This document shows positions 30,290-53,267 of a stretch of 64,000 bases of DNA, piece after piece. The notes below the pieces were generated by a model. It was given only the letters and a program-made list of their open reading frames with translations, made no database searches and was not told where the DNA came from. Positions within the stretch are counted from its first letter, which is position 1. Each line of letters opens with the position of its first letter. The position numbers and the translations under genes were made by a program. The stretch is taken from NCBI RefSeq assembly GCF_009914755.1, contig NC_060934.1; one strand, 5' to 3'. Origin of the DNA: the human T2T-CHM13v2.0 reference genome, Homo sapiens.

Positions 30290-30890
30290 GTGCCCCTCCC
30301 CAGGTGACATTTGAATGTTCGTGACATCTCCACCAGGTGGCCCCCTGGCTTAGGCTTGAGTTCCTCCAGTGACAGAAGGCTCACCATTCCACCATACCCA
30401 ATCTATTTGTGGATGCTCCGATAATTACTAAGTTCTGAGTCTTGTGACACAAGACTCAGAGTTACAATTCCCCTCTATGTAGCAACTCTTCAAATAATTG
30501 GGGGTAACTCTCAGGCTTCCTGGGGTCAGTGGGTTAAATCTCTCCAGCTACTTCTGCAGTTCTTCATGAGACATGTGGAGGATCCTCCTTGCAATCTTGA
30601 AGGAGCCCAAGATCTCTCTTTGTTGGGCAGGTGACACCTTTATTGCAAGCCTGGTATCTGACAGGCCCAGTGCTTCTTCTGGCAACACAGTAGCAAAAAA
30701 GGCAAACACTGTGCCTACTCTCATGGAGCATTAGTGAGTAATCAAAATGGAACTGTGTTCTACAGATAAGTTCTCTTCAGCATGCAACAGTGAGGCTATC
30801 ACCTCCCTCATTCTAATTAACATGCTTCTATTAATGCAACCTGAGATGACATCAGGTTTCTCAGCAGCCACATCCTACCATTGACTTCTT
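30290..30890 (-). mobile_element. L3/CR1 LINE fragments
   Basis: ctccagtgacag..gctcacca; ctatcacctccctcattct...cttctattaatgcaacct...agcagccacatc. Confidence 0.55.
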
Positions 30891-31455
30891 ACCATTCTTC
30901 AGAAATCTTTAGAAACATTTACAGTGCGCCCAACCCTATGCTGGATGTCACAGGAGTGCAACAGAAGCAAGAGGCCTGGTCTCAGCCTCTTTAGAAGCCA
31001 CTGTTAGTCTCACTGAAATGTTGGTTAACTGGCAACTGGACAAGATCTTCAGGTCCCAAAGGAGATCCTCAAGGAGTCATCGTCACTGATTCCAAATCCA
31101 GGGTCTCATTAGGAGCACATGGACCCTCTGCATCAGCAGAGCCTCTACTGGGGGCCAGGCCTCCAGGCTGAGAAGTCTGGCCATTATATGTCTTGAACTT
31201 CCTCCAACTGCAGCAGACGGGGGCTCCCTGTGCCACCCCCTCTAAGGGGTTTCCTGAATGGTCAGCTCTAAGGCAGGAATCAGGAGAGAAGCTGAGAAGC
31301 ATCAAAGAATAATGAGCTGGAAGGAGCCTTGGCAATCCCAAGTCCAACCTTCTCATTCCACAGAAGACCCTGGGCCCCAAGAAGTGAAGGGGTGGTTCGA
31401 GTGCCCACTGTTGACAGATGAATCCTAGGATCCAGCTCCTCTCTTGCCATGAAAC

Positions 31456-31615
31456 CCCATTCCCTGCCCACCACACACCACCCAGAAACAGCCGTGAGTG
31501 AGGCAAGGGAGAGAGAAAAAAGCAGACACATTTTGCTCATGAACGAGCCCACTCAGGAGACACCGATGGAAAAGTGCTAGAAAATGCACTCTACAGATCA
31601 TTAATCAATTGATGC
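31456..31615 (-). repeat. Inverted repeat, right arm
   Basis: Reverse-complement partner of 29761-29915. Confidence 0.92.
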
Positions 31616-32152
31616 AACTTAAGCAATATATCAGGGGGAAAAACCTTTGTTGCCAATAATGGAAGCGCCTAAGACAGAACATTCTTCAGTGCCGGCTGGG
31701 CAACAGAAACAGCAGGCGGCCATAACTCAAAGCCCAGAAAGCTTTTGTTTTTAAACTTGCAATGCCAAGGAGGTGAGACAAGGGAGCCAATTCTCAGGGA
31801 GACAGGCCATGCGGAGCCAAATGCGTTCAGGTGATATACTGATCAGATGGTCCAGATACAGTTATTCTCAGAGGAATGATGGCTCATTAACGAGCCAAGC
31901 TGTTGACCACAGCTCTCCAGGAGAAGGGAAATGAGGGCTACGTGTTTTCAAAACCAGAGCTACACTCGATGTGACACAAGAACTAGACATGCATGAGTGT
32001 GGAGAATCACAGTGAATGGAAGGAAGCAAGACCCTTCTCTCCCAGACACCTTGATGTTGTGGGTTAGCCTTCATTAGAATAGGACTGATTCCTGGATGGG
32101 TGACATCATGAGCTAACACGTGTGTGCTGCTTACTACTTGCCAGACACAGTT

Positions 32153-32581
32153 TGCTATAGTTGGGATGTTTTTGCTCCAAATCACATGTTGAAATTCGAT
32201 CCCCAGGGCTGGTGGTGATGGGCCTGATGGGAGGTGTTTGGATCTTGGGAGTGGATCCCTCATGAATAGATTAATGCCCTCCCTGGGGGATGGTGGAGGG
32301 ATAAGTGAGTTCTCACTCTGTTCTCGCAAGAGCTTTTTGTTTAGAGGAGTGTGGCACCTCCTCCCTCCTCTCTCTCTTCCTCTCACCAGCGATCTCTGCA
32401 CCCATAGGCTCCCTTTCACCTTCCACCATGGGTGGAAGCAGCCTGGAGCTCTCACCAGGAGCAGATGCTGGTGCCATGCTTCCTGCACAGCCTGCCAAAC
32501 TGTGAGCCCAATAAACCTCTTTTCTTTATAAGTTATCCGGCCTTGGGCTTTCCTTTATAGCAACAGAAATGGACTAAGACA
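32153..32581 (+). mobile_element. MSTB-like MaLR solo LTR inserted in a MIR
   Basis: tgctatagttgggatg...ggactaagaca. Confidence 0.85.
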
Positions 32582-33189
32582 CTGTGCCAAGCACTTTGTA
32601 AATATTAACTCCTCACAATAACACTGGGTGTGCTATGACTACCCCATTTTACATATGAGTCAACTTTGTCACAGAGAGGCTGAGGAACTTATCCAAGGTC
32701 ACACAGCTAGTAGCACAGCCAGGTTAGGATTGAATCCAAGTAGCTCAGTTAGGAATGCCTGACTTCGCTGCTGTACCACTAACAGCTAGAAGAATAAGGA
32801 GTTGCTGCTGATGCTCCCAGCGTGCCCCCATAAATATACAGACTACTCTAGTACTCTGGTCTTCTAACCTGCCATTTGGGACCTGCCTAAGCTTTCCAAT
32901 TTGAGGTGCTGTTCTCTGATATCACAAGAAAGTACCTCTATAAATTCTGGCCATGATAATATCTTTTCTTCCACTTGTTGATTACAGATCTCTGATGTAC
33001 AGCCAAACTGCATTATTTGAGTTTTCTTAGCATATATAGAATTGACACATTGATATAATGTGTAATGGCCATTTACTTTTTTCCCCCTTTTTTTTTACTT
33101 CCCCGTAATATAAAGAAGAGCTGCATTTGATCCTAAACTCGAGTGGCCACCTCTGTATACTAAATGAGCCCCAAGGATAATCTGCCCCA

Positions 33190-34030
<841 letters not shown>

Positions 34031-34650
34031 AAATGAAGGTTTTTTCCCCTGTGTGGTTCACTTGGACTTCACATTCATTTGCCATAAAATTTTGCATCTG
34101 ACTTGATCCTGACTGAAGCATCGTGGAGATCTGGTTTTTAGGTTAAGTTCAAACTTCTGGGAAACACAAGTCAGACCGGAAGATCAGAGTTTCCATGCAG
34201 ATATGATCTCTACTGGCAATAAATTCAGTTTCTGGAAAACATTTGGTGCTATCAGTCCTGTTTGCTTTTGAGCAAATTATTTGCATTTTCTGAAACTCAG
34301 TCTCATCATTTGTAAAGTGAGAATTATGATATCTACCTCTGCATCTTATGGCATAAGCTAACTTGGGTGCCAATATTGTCTCATCCCTTTTCATCTTTTC
34401 TAATAATGATAACAACAGCAACCTCCAACATTTACTGGGCACCTAATATGTACCAGGCACTATTCAACATGCACTAATTCATTTGATCCTCACAACCACC
34501 TTAGGAGATAGATTCTATTATTGTCACCATTCTGCAAATAAAGAAACGGAGGCAGAAAGATGCAGTAACTTGCCAACTCCCCAGGCTGTGGCAGAGCAAA
34601 GATGTGAGCTCGCCTTCTCTCATAATTGCCTCAGCACTCGCCTACCCTGA

Positions 34651-35190
<540 letters not shown>

Positions 35191-35695
35191 AGCATCACAG
35201 AGCTTGCAAGATAGTGAAAAATTATCTGGCCAAGTTCCAAAAGAGGCCCAGAATCTAGAGAGGTTAGTAAAACAATTGGGCTTCTGTTGTTCCAAGTTTA
35301 GCTGCGCTTCTGGGCTTTGGTGGCCTCAAGATACTATGGGAAAAAAGTTGGCATCCAGGGCCCACCACGTGTCAGACCCAATATATGATCTGGCTCTGGG
35401 ATGTGACCCCAGAATGCTGCACACTTGAAGTAAGAATAACAAGAAACAAACCAGTCCTCGCATAGATGAAAATGTGCTTCAAAAATCTGAGTGCTGGAGA
35501 AAACAACAAGGCCTGAACTTGAATTAAGGTAATCCTGTGTTGGTAGTGCTCCCAGTCTCCTGGCAAAACGAATAAAGAACCTACTTTTAGAAGACAAGGG
35601 CACAGTATAGGCCTTAAATTATGTTTTCCAAGCACAATGTCTAACACAGAGTCAAGGATAACCAAGTACACGTGAAGATAAAATGCTATGGATGA

Positions 35696-35965
35696 GGCCA
35701 GGTGCCGTGGCTCACGCCTGTAATCCCAGCACTTTGGGAGGCTGAGGCGGGCGGATCACGAGGTCAGGAGTTTGAGACCAGCCTGACTAACATGGCGAAA
35801 CCCCATCTCTACTAAAAATACAAAAATTAGCCGGGCGTGGTGGGGGGCCCCTATAATTCCAGCTACTCAGAAAGCTGAGGCAGGAGAATCACTTGAGATC
35901 GTGCCACTGCACTCCAGCCTGGGCGACAGAGCGAAACTCCGTCTCAAAGAAAAAAAAAAAAAAAA
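35696..35965 (+). mobile_element. AluSg with right-arm internal deletion
   Basis: cacttgag^atcgtgcc; TSD aaaatgctatggatga. Confidence 0.88.
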
Positions 35966-36162
35966 GATAAAAAAATGCTATGGATGAGAATAAACAGAAA
36001 CAGCAAACAGACACACCCACAGGAACTGCAAATAATGGAATCATCAGCAGATACCATAAAATAAATAGGTCTGCTATGTTCAAGGAGATAAAAGTTTATT
36101 TAAACCATTTTGGCAGAAAACTGGAAATCATAAAAAGTGACATAACAGATATGTAAGGAAAC

Positions 36163-36633
36163 TGTGAACCCTGAACATCTGAGATGGTCTCAATTAATTT
36201 AGAAAGTATATTTTGCCAAGATTGAGGACATGTGCCTGTGATACACCCTCAGGAGGTCCTGACAACATGTGCCCAAGGTGGTCAGAGCCCAGTTTGGTTT
36301 TATACATTCTAGGGAGACATGAGACATCAATCAACATAATGCAAGATGAACACAGGTTTGCTCTGGAAAGGTGGGACAACTCGAAGCAAAGATGGGAAGA
36401 CTCGAAGCAGGGCAAGGTTTCCAGGTCATAGGTAAATAAGAGACAAATGGTTGCACTCTTCTGAGTTCCCGATTAGTCTCTCCAAAGGAGGCAATCAGAT
36501 ATACATTCATCTCAGTGAGCAGAGGGGTGACTTTGGGTAGAATGGGAGGCAGGTTGACTCTAAGCAGTTCTCAGCTTCACTTTTGCCTTTAACTTAGCAA
36601 TTTGGGGGCCCCAAGATTTATTTTCCTTTCACA
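36163..36633 (-). mobile_element. MER4A-type ERV1 solo LTR
   Basis: Reverse complement begins tgtgaaaggaaaataaatcttggggccccc; TG..CA ends; 4-bp TSD aaac. Confidence 0.88.
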
Positions 36634-37359
36634 AAACCAAATAGATTTTTTAGAATTGAAAAATACAATACTATTAAAATTAAAAATTCAATAACTTTTT
36701 TTCTGCCTGATTTTATCTTTTTAACAGCTTTATTGAGGTATGGTTTACATAAATAAAATCCACCTATTTAAAGTGCTTAGTTCGATGAGCCTGCCTATGC
36801 AGAGGACTTTTTGAAGGAGAGAAATTCTGAAATTATGAATCTAACAGTTTAAATTAGGAACGTAATTCATATAGACTACACCATTCCCAGCTACAATCCT
36901 CTTTCAGAGAGAGAAGCACCTTTGCTCTCCAGTCATTTACAATCCTTCAGAATGGAAGCAACTGGCTCCATGGTTCCAGGTTTTATACCCCTTTGAAGTG
37001 TAAATTAATAGTCTCAGAAAGAAAAATGGGAACGTCTTTACTACAGAATGCAAGCATTTGGCCTGAGGTGGGGTGGGTGGGAGTTAGAAGATGATAAATC
37101 TTATTGCCCTTTGAATGGGAGCAGATGGCTTTAGTCCTAACACCCTCTAACCTTAACTCAGATGTCAATAACATTTGCTCAGAAAGCCCTAATTGTGAAG
37201 AGACATGAAAATAATTGCTTATTGACAGATCGAGATGCAGAGGATATGGTGAGACAGTCTTAACGCATATGTTTTATTGGTGTCCCTAAAGAAAAAAATA
37301 ATGGGAACAGAGGCAAATGTGAATAAATCATTACTAAAGAGTGTTCAAAACTAATAAAA

Positions 37360-37664
<305 letters not shown>

Positions 37665-37902
37665 CTAATTAAAGACACAAAACCACGTGTTTAAGAAGCC
37701 AAATAAATCTCAAGGCAGAAAATTTTAAAAATAAATCAACATGTAGATACATTATAGTGAAACTGCAAAAAAACAAAGACAAAGAGAAACCTTAAAAGAT
37801 GTCTTTACAGAGGCAGCAGTTAGAGTAACAGCTAAATTCTCAAAAGAAACAATGGAAGCTAGAAGACAGTAGAATGACCATCTCAATGCACTGAAAGAAA
37901 AT

Positions 37903-38493
37903 TGTTGGGGTGATCAGACCCAACACCAAGTCGTGGGGGTACAAAGTCTGGCAGAGTCAAAGGATTGAGAAAAAGACAGTTTGAGAGAGAAAAACCTGGG
38001 ACCAGGGGGACATCACTAGTGTATGGAGGCTGCGAAGGCCCTGAGCTCTAGGAGCCCATGCTATTTATTGGTAATCCAACAAAGAAACAGGTGATGAGAA
38101 TGTGGAGGTCAAAAGGGCATGTTGCATTAAGCACATGATTTACAGCTGTGATGGTTTAGCATTTGCTCTGCTACTTGAGATAATGGAGAGCAGATTCTTT
38201 TAACTCAAGATACAATCGATCCTGAGAGAGCAAGGAGCAAGAAGCCAGCAAGTCTAGACACATTCCAGAGCCTCGAGCCCTGGATTCTATCCAAGCCATG
38301 AGGGATTTTATGCCCTGGGTTTAAGTTATGGTGCATCAGGGTAGCCTTCTACCCTTTAGCACAGAGCTTGGTGTTCCAAAGGCCACAAGGGGCTTTAGAC
38401 CCTGGACCCCGCACATATTCCAAGACTTTTTTATATTATGTCAGACATGCAAACCCTGCCTCAGCTTCTGTCAACACTCAGCTTTTCCCAACA
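37903..38493 (-). mobile_element. LTR14B/C (HERV-K14 group) solo LTR
   Basis: Reverse complement tgttgggaaaagctgagtg...ctgatcaccccaaca; 591 bp; perfect 6-bp TSD gaaaat. Confidence 0.85.
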
Positions 38494-38504
38494 GAAAATA
38501 ACTG

Positions 38505-41228
<2,724 letters not shown>

Positions 41229-41379
41229 CCTGTGAACATACAAATTTACAATTTCCTTTACCCAGGAAAAAAACTCACCAACAATAAATACAAACTAAAG
41301 ACATATTCAACAGATAAAATCTGAGGGAGTTCACCACCAGTATACCAGTATTCATTCTTCAATATGGAGCCAAGAAAGT

Positions 41380-41690
41380 GATATGTGTGTGTGTGTATAT
41401 ACATATATATTACTTACATATGAGTATATATATGTATGTATATGTGTATATATATGTATGTATGTGCCTGCATGTACATACTCACATCCATCAAGACATT
41501 ATTATTTGCTTAATAAATACATACATATTAATATATTAATTACATATTAATATGTATTAAACACATGCATAATATATACATATTTATATAATATATAGAC
41601 ATAAATATTAAGCAAATAAAATAATAATAGTGCCTTGATGTATGTGAGCATCCACATGCATCTACACAAATACACACACACACATTTCTA
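41380..41690. repeat. (TA)n/(TATG)n low-complexity tract
   Basis: Directly visible. Confidence 0.85.
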
Positions 41691-41743
41691 CATATTTACC
41701 CTTTCCAACGCTCTTCTTTCCTACACATCCAGGATTTATCTGG

Positions 41744-42163
41744 TGTATCAGGCCATTCTTCCATTGCTATAAAGACATACCTGAGACTGAGTAATTTGTA
41801 AGAAAAGAGGTTTAATTGGTTCATGGTTCTGCAGGCTGTACAGGAAGCATGACAGCTTCTGTTTCTGGGGAGGCCTAGGGAGCTTATACTTGTGGTGGAA
41901 GGCAAAGTGGGATCAGGCTATCTTATAAGAAGGGAGCAGGAGAAAGAGAGAGAAAAAAAGGAGGAAGTGCTACACACTTCCAAACAACCAGATCACACGA
42001 GAACTCACTCATAATCACAAGAACAGCACCAAGGAAATGGTGCTAAACTATTTATGATGAATCAGCCCCCAGTCGCCTCCCACCGGGTGGCCCCACCTCC
42101 AAGAATAGGGATTACAATATAACATGAGATTTGGGTGGGGACATAGATGCAAACCATATCATC
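41744..42163 (-). mobile_element. MSTA/B MaLR solo LTR
   Basis: tgtatcaggccattctt...caaaccatatca. Confidence 0.85.
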
Positions 42164-42164
42164 A

Positions 42165-43790
<1,626 letters not shown>

Positions 43791-44569
43791 TGTTTTTCAA
43801 AAAGACTTACACATTTAAAATATGAAGAGAAAAGGTGAGAATAAAGTTTCTGACATCTGTAGACTATTAGATTATCCATCCCTTTCCATATCCAGGGACC
43901 ATATTTAATGCTAACTTGACTCAGAGAAAATACCACCAGGTCATTTAGCTAGGTCTATATCCCTGCTGGGAAGGCCCAGGAAGGCTAATGCATCAAATGC
44001 CCACTGGAACAAAAACATCTTCTTTTAAAAAAATCACCTGTTTTAAAATGAAATTGGAGGAAAATGAAGCAAAAAAGAATTTACCCCTATTTCATCATAC
44101 TGGATCTCTGTTTTCATTTAAAATGCTCTTTATCCTCATTTCAACATATTTCTACTTCTTAATCTGTGCTAGACTAGAACCAAATCCAGAAATCAGTTTT
44201 TCTAACAAACTTACTGAGTCTGAAGGGAGAGTTTGACTTTCTGCTCACCAACAAACTTGGGCACAGCCAGAATTTATGCTATTTCACATAAAGAAAAATA
44301 GGAGGGAAACGGCACTGACCCGAGAGGCCTTATGCAGCAACGATTCTCCTGAAGTGGGAGAGAAAGAGAATTAAAAAGATGAAACACACATCTTCTTTCC
44401 CCACAATGTTCAGTCAACTGCTCTAGGCCTTATTATGTAGAAGTGTACAATTGATAGATTCTGTAAGAAATTACCTAAAAATCTATACTTAATTGGTATC
44501 AAATAGTCTGAAATTTTCTGGTCACAAACCCTTTTTAAAATCTGATGAAGAGTCTAATGCAGGTAGCTT

Positions 44570-45883
<1,314 letters not shown>

Positions 45884-46520
45884 TCACAGCGTCCTCCCTT
45901 GACAGTTACAGTAAAGATGGAGCGAAGTCCTTGAAAGGAGATGTGCCTGCCTCTGAGGTGACTTCGAAAGACTCGACGTTCAGCCAGTTTAGTCCGATCT
46001 CTAGTGCTGAAGAGTGTGGTGACGACGAGAAGATCAAGGTGGATGACCCCCTGACAAGGAGGACGTGCAATCAAGCTTCAGGTCGAACGTGTTGACAGGG
46101 TCGGCTCCCCAGCAGGACTATGATAAGCTGAAGGCATTTGGAGGGGAAAACTCCAGTAAAACTGGACTCTCTCCATCAGGCAATATGGAGAAAAACAAAG
46201 TTGTTAAGAGAGAAGCAGAAGCCAATTCTATAAACCTGAGTGTTTATGAACCTTTTAAAGTCAGAAAAGCAGAGGATAAATTGAAGGAAAACTCTGACAA
46301 TGTGCTGGAAAACAGAGTCCTGGATGGGAAGCTGAGCTCCGAGAAGAATGACACCTGCCTCCCCGGCACTGCGCCATCAAAGACAAAGTCATCCTCCAAG
46401 CTCTCATCCTGCAGCTCTGCCATCATGGCTCTCAGCGCTAAAAAGGCGGCTTCAGACTCCTGCAAAGAACCAGTGGCCAATTCGAGGGAATCCTCCCCAT
46501 TACCAAAAGAAGTAAATGAC

Positions 46521-47324
<804 letters not shown>

Positions 47325-50300
47325 TCATTAATTTGAAGCTCGCTAACAACACCACAGTGAAAGCCACAGTCATATCTGCTGCCTCTGTCCAGAGCGCCAG
47401 CAGCGCCATCATTAAAGCCGCCAACGCCATCCAGCAGCAAACTGTCGTGGTGCCGGCACCCAGCCGGGCCAACGCCAAACTCGTGCCAAAGACTGTGCAC
47501 CTTGCCAACATTAACCTTTTGCCTCAGGGTGCCCAGGCCACCTCTGAACTCCGCCAAGTGCTAACCAAAGCTCAGCAACAAATAAAGCAGGCAATAATCA
47601 ATGCAGCAGCCTCGCAACCCCCCAAAAAGGTGTCTCGAGTCCAGGTGGTGTCGTCCTTGCAGAGTTCTGTGGTGGAAGCTTTCAACAAGGTGCTGAGCAG
47701 TGTCAATCCAGTCCCTGTTTACATTCCAAACCTGAGTCCTCCCACCAATGCAGGGATCACGTTACCAACGCGTGGGTACAAGTGCTTGGAGTGTGGGGAC
47801 TCCTTTGCAGTTGAAAAGAGTCTGACCCAGCACTATGACAGACAGAGCATGCGCATCGAAGTAACATGCAACCATGGTACAAAGAACCTCATTTTTTACA
47901 ACAAATGCAGCCTCCTTTCCCATGCCCGTGGGCATAAGGAGAAAGGGGTGGTAATACAATGCTCCCACTTCATTTTAAAGCCAGTCCCAGCAGGTCAAAT
48001 GATAGTTTCTCCATCAAGCAATATTTCCACTTCAACTTCCACTCTTCAGAGCCCTGTGGGAGCTGGCACACACACTGTCACAAAAATTCAGTCTGGCATA
48101 ACTGGGACAGTCATATCGGCTCCTTTAAGCATTCCCATCACCCCAGCCATGCCCCTAGATGAAGACCCCTCCAAAGTGTGTAGACATAGTCTAAAATGTT
48201 TGGAGTGTAATGAAGTCTTCAGTATGAGACATCAATGGCTACACATTTCCAGCAGGCTGCAGATACACGTGGACAAAAGACTTGCACTATCTGCCAGATG
48301 CTGCTTCCTAACCAGTGCAGTTACGCATCACACCAGAGAATCCATCAGCACAAATCTCTCTACACCTGCCCTGAGTGCGGGGCCATCTGCAGGTCGGTGC
48401 ACTTCCAGACCCATGTCACCAAGAACTGTCTGCACTACATGAGGAGAGTTGGTTTTCGATGTGTGCATTGCAATGTTGTATACTCTGATGTGGCTGCCCT
48501 GCAGTCTCACATTCAAGGTTCTCACTGTGAAGTCTTCTACAAGTGTCCTATTTGTCCAATGGCATGTAAGTCCGCCCCAAGCACACATTCCCACACCTAC
48601 ACACAGCATCCTGGCATCAAGATAGGAGAACCAGAAATAATATATAAGTGTTCCATGTGCGACACTGTGTTCACCCTGCAAACCTTGCTGTATCGCCACT
48701 TTGACCAACACATTGAAAACCAGAAGTTGTCTGTTTTCAAGTGTCCAGACTGTTATCTTTTATATGCACAGAAGCAACTTATGATGGACCATATCAAGTC
48801 TATGCATGGAACATTGAAAAGTATTGAAGGGCCTCCAAACTTGGGTATAAACTTGCCTTTGAGCATTAAGCCTGCAACTCAAAATTCAGCAAATCAGAAC
48901 AAAGAGGACACCAAATCCATGAATGGGAAAGAGAAATTGGAAAAGAAATCTCCATCTCCTGTGAAAAAATCAGTGGAAACCAAGAAAGTGGCCAGTCCTG
49001 GGTGGACGTGTTGGGAGTGTGACCGCCTGTTCATTCAGAGAGATGTGTACATATCCCACGTGAGGAAGGAGCAAGGGAAGCAAATGAAGAAACATCCCTG
49101 CCGCCAGTGTGACAAGCTCATCCCACAGCCTGTGCCAGCACAACCGGATCAAGCACAAAGGCATCAGGAAAGTGTATGCCTGCTCGCACTGCCCAGACTC
49201 CAGACGTACCTTTACCAAACGATTGATGCTAGAGAAGCACGTCCAGCTGATGCACAGCCTCAAGGACCCTGACCTGAAAGAAATGACAGATGCCACCAAT
49301 GAGGAGGAAACAGAAATAAAAGAAGACACCAAGTTCCCCAGTCCCAAGTGGAAGTTGGAAGAACCAGTTCTGGAGCTCAGGCCTTCCTGAGGAGCAATCA
49401 CTCAACCACTGAAAAAGCTGAAAATCAATGTTTTTAAGGTTCTCAAGAGTGCCATGTGTGGCTTCACCACCGAAAACCTGCTTCAGTTCCACGAACACAT
49501 CCCTCAGCACAAATCTGATAGTTCTTCCTACCAGTGCCAGGAGTGTGGCCTCTGGTACACGTCTCACGTCTCTCTGTCCAGGCACCTCTTCATTGTACAC
49601 AAGTTAAAGGAACCTCAGCCAGTGTCCAAGCAAAATGGAGCTGGGGAAGATAACCAACAGGAGAACAAACCCAGCCATGAGGATGAATCCCCCAATGGCA
49701 CCGTGTCAGACAGAAAGTGCAAAGTGTGCGTGAAAACTTTTGAAACTGAAGCTGCCTTAAATACTCACATGCGGATACATGGCATGGCCTTCATCAAATC
49801 CAAAAGGATGAGCTCAGCCAAGAAATAGCCACAGAAGGTACATGAGGAAAATCCCTGTCCACATTGGAATAAAAAAGATATTTTTGTTACAAAAAGTTTG
49901 CAGTATAATAAACAGTACTGTCTAGGCTGTTGCAATATGTTCTCTTTCAACGTACCTTCCTTCACCTCGTTGTATATATCCTCGATAAGTAGTAAAACAG
50001 TATTTGAGTTTCAAAGAGTTTGTATAGATTTAAATGAATAACTTTTTATACTGTTTGTTACACATTTGTATCAGTATTTAGTGGCAAACGATTTGAGTTG
50101 TTTTGGGTCAGAATTTTTCTTTTTGTACTGTTTCTTTAAAACAGAGTTCTTAGTAACAGGGGCAGCTCCTGAATTCAAATAAACCATTTTGTATGTTTGG
50201 ATTTTGAAGAGGTTAACTAATTACAGGCTAAAATAATGCCTTTTTTAGTGTTTTTAATTTTTAGAATACACTACATAAATTGTAAGTAATTGTGGGTCTC

Positions 50301-50981
50301 AAAAACCCTAGGAACTTTTAAGTGTCTTAGCACTTCCTCGATGTGCCTGCCCTGAAGGAGTGAGCTCACATGTGAGACAACTGCACTCCAGTGTGGGCGT
50401 GCCTTTTTCTTCAGGCCATGCGAAGGGTGTTTAAAGCAGCCTTGCAGGTCGCTCCTTTCCCAGCCGTGGATAAAAACTGAAGCCAGGAATCTAATAAGGA
50501 ATGCTGATTTCCTCAATTCCATTTTGGGGCATGGGGAAGGCTGTTCTAAAGAAAAAAATGGGACTGGTTTTCTAGGCAGATCTGCAAGGCTGGCTTTAAA
50601 AGCACAAGGAGGGAAAGTAACGAAAGGGCTGGACTACTATAAAAGTTACAAATACGTAGTTAGACCAATAGATTTATATAGTCAGGTTTTTGTCATGTAA
50701 TTTATTAACTATTACAGAAACACAACTAAGAATATCAAGTATTTCTCTGGCTCTTGACAGAAAAAAAAATCAGTTGACTTAACCCTTTGCTGTCAAAAGA
50801 GTTGGCATTGCCTGTTCTAGGTGCTACTGCCAAATGTTCTGATACTTAGAGTTGGGATGCACAACGTCAACCACTGACTTCTCAATGCAGCCGCCTGTGT
50901 ATTGCAATTGGCCGTTACCTTAAGCGCGGGGCCACCCGGGTTTAGTTCAGCCATTTCAAGAAGTATATTTAACGTCGGTAG

Positions 50982-52464
<1,483 letters not shown>

Positions 52465-53267
52465 TTGTTTTGTGTTTTATTTTGCATTTCATATCTTACA
52501 TTTATCCCTGAACATGTTTTGTACTTTTTTTTGTTGTTAAGAAAAGGAATTCTTTTGTGTATCTATAGATACTTGCATGATCTACTGTAGTCAACGTTCG
52601 GTTCCTCAAAAGGTCTTGCTGCTGTCAGGTGTTATGCACTCCATCCATAATAACTGTGTGAAACACATTTCATATGTAAATAAACGTGGGACATTTGGCC
52701 CATGTGCTTCTGTGAGAGAGTTATTGATTGTGAGTCTCTGACATCTTTGTGAAGTTTGGGAAGTGACTAATTGCAGGGACAAGCTACAGGATGTTGCAGA
52801 ATCCTTCCCACTCAGAAGAATGGCATGTTCTCTCTCATTAGTAATCAGCTATTTTGTCACTTTCTCATTGACTCCATCAGTACATCGGTACAATCCAAGG
52901 GTGTGAATTTCAGCTTGAAATTCCATTGCTATTACTTGTTATGTTTGTATTGCTCTAAGTTGTATTCATAGCACTTTCATATGTTTCTGCATTTGAACCT
53001 TGCAATAAGCCTGTGTGGTAGGCCACATAGGTCCAAATAACCTAGTTTTACAGTTGAGGAAGCTGAGCTCAGATTCAGTTCTTTGCTGAAGCCCTCATAG
53101 CTGGTAAGTGGCTTTGCATATTAGAACCCAAATATTTTGCTCTCTAAATCTAATGCTCGCTCTATGTGGTTATGTACATATTGACAAATATTCATTTATT
53201 CAACAAATAAAAAGTATGTACAAAGCATGAAAAAAATAAAAAATAAAAACAACAACAATAAACTATA

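Noticed and set aside
41380-41690. AT-rich quasi-palindromic tract
   Set aside because: Ordinary degraded (TA)n/(TATG)n microsatellite with no higher-order unit.
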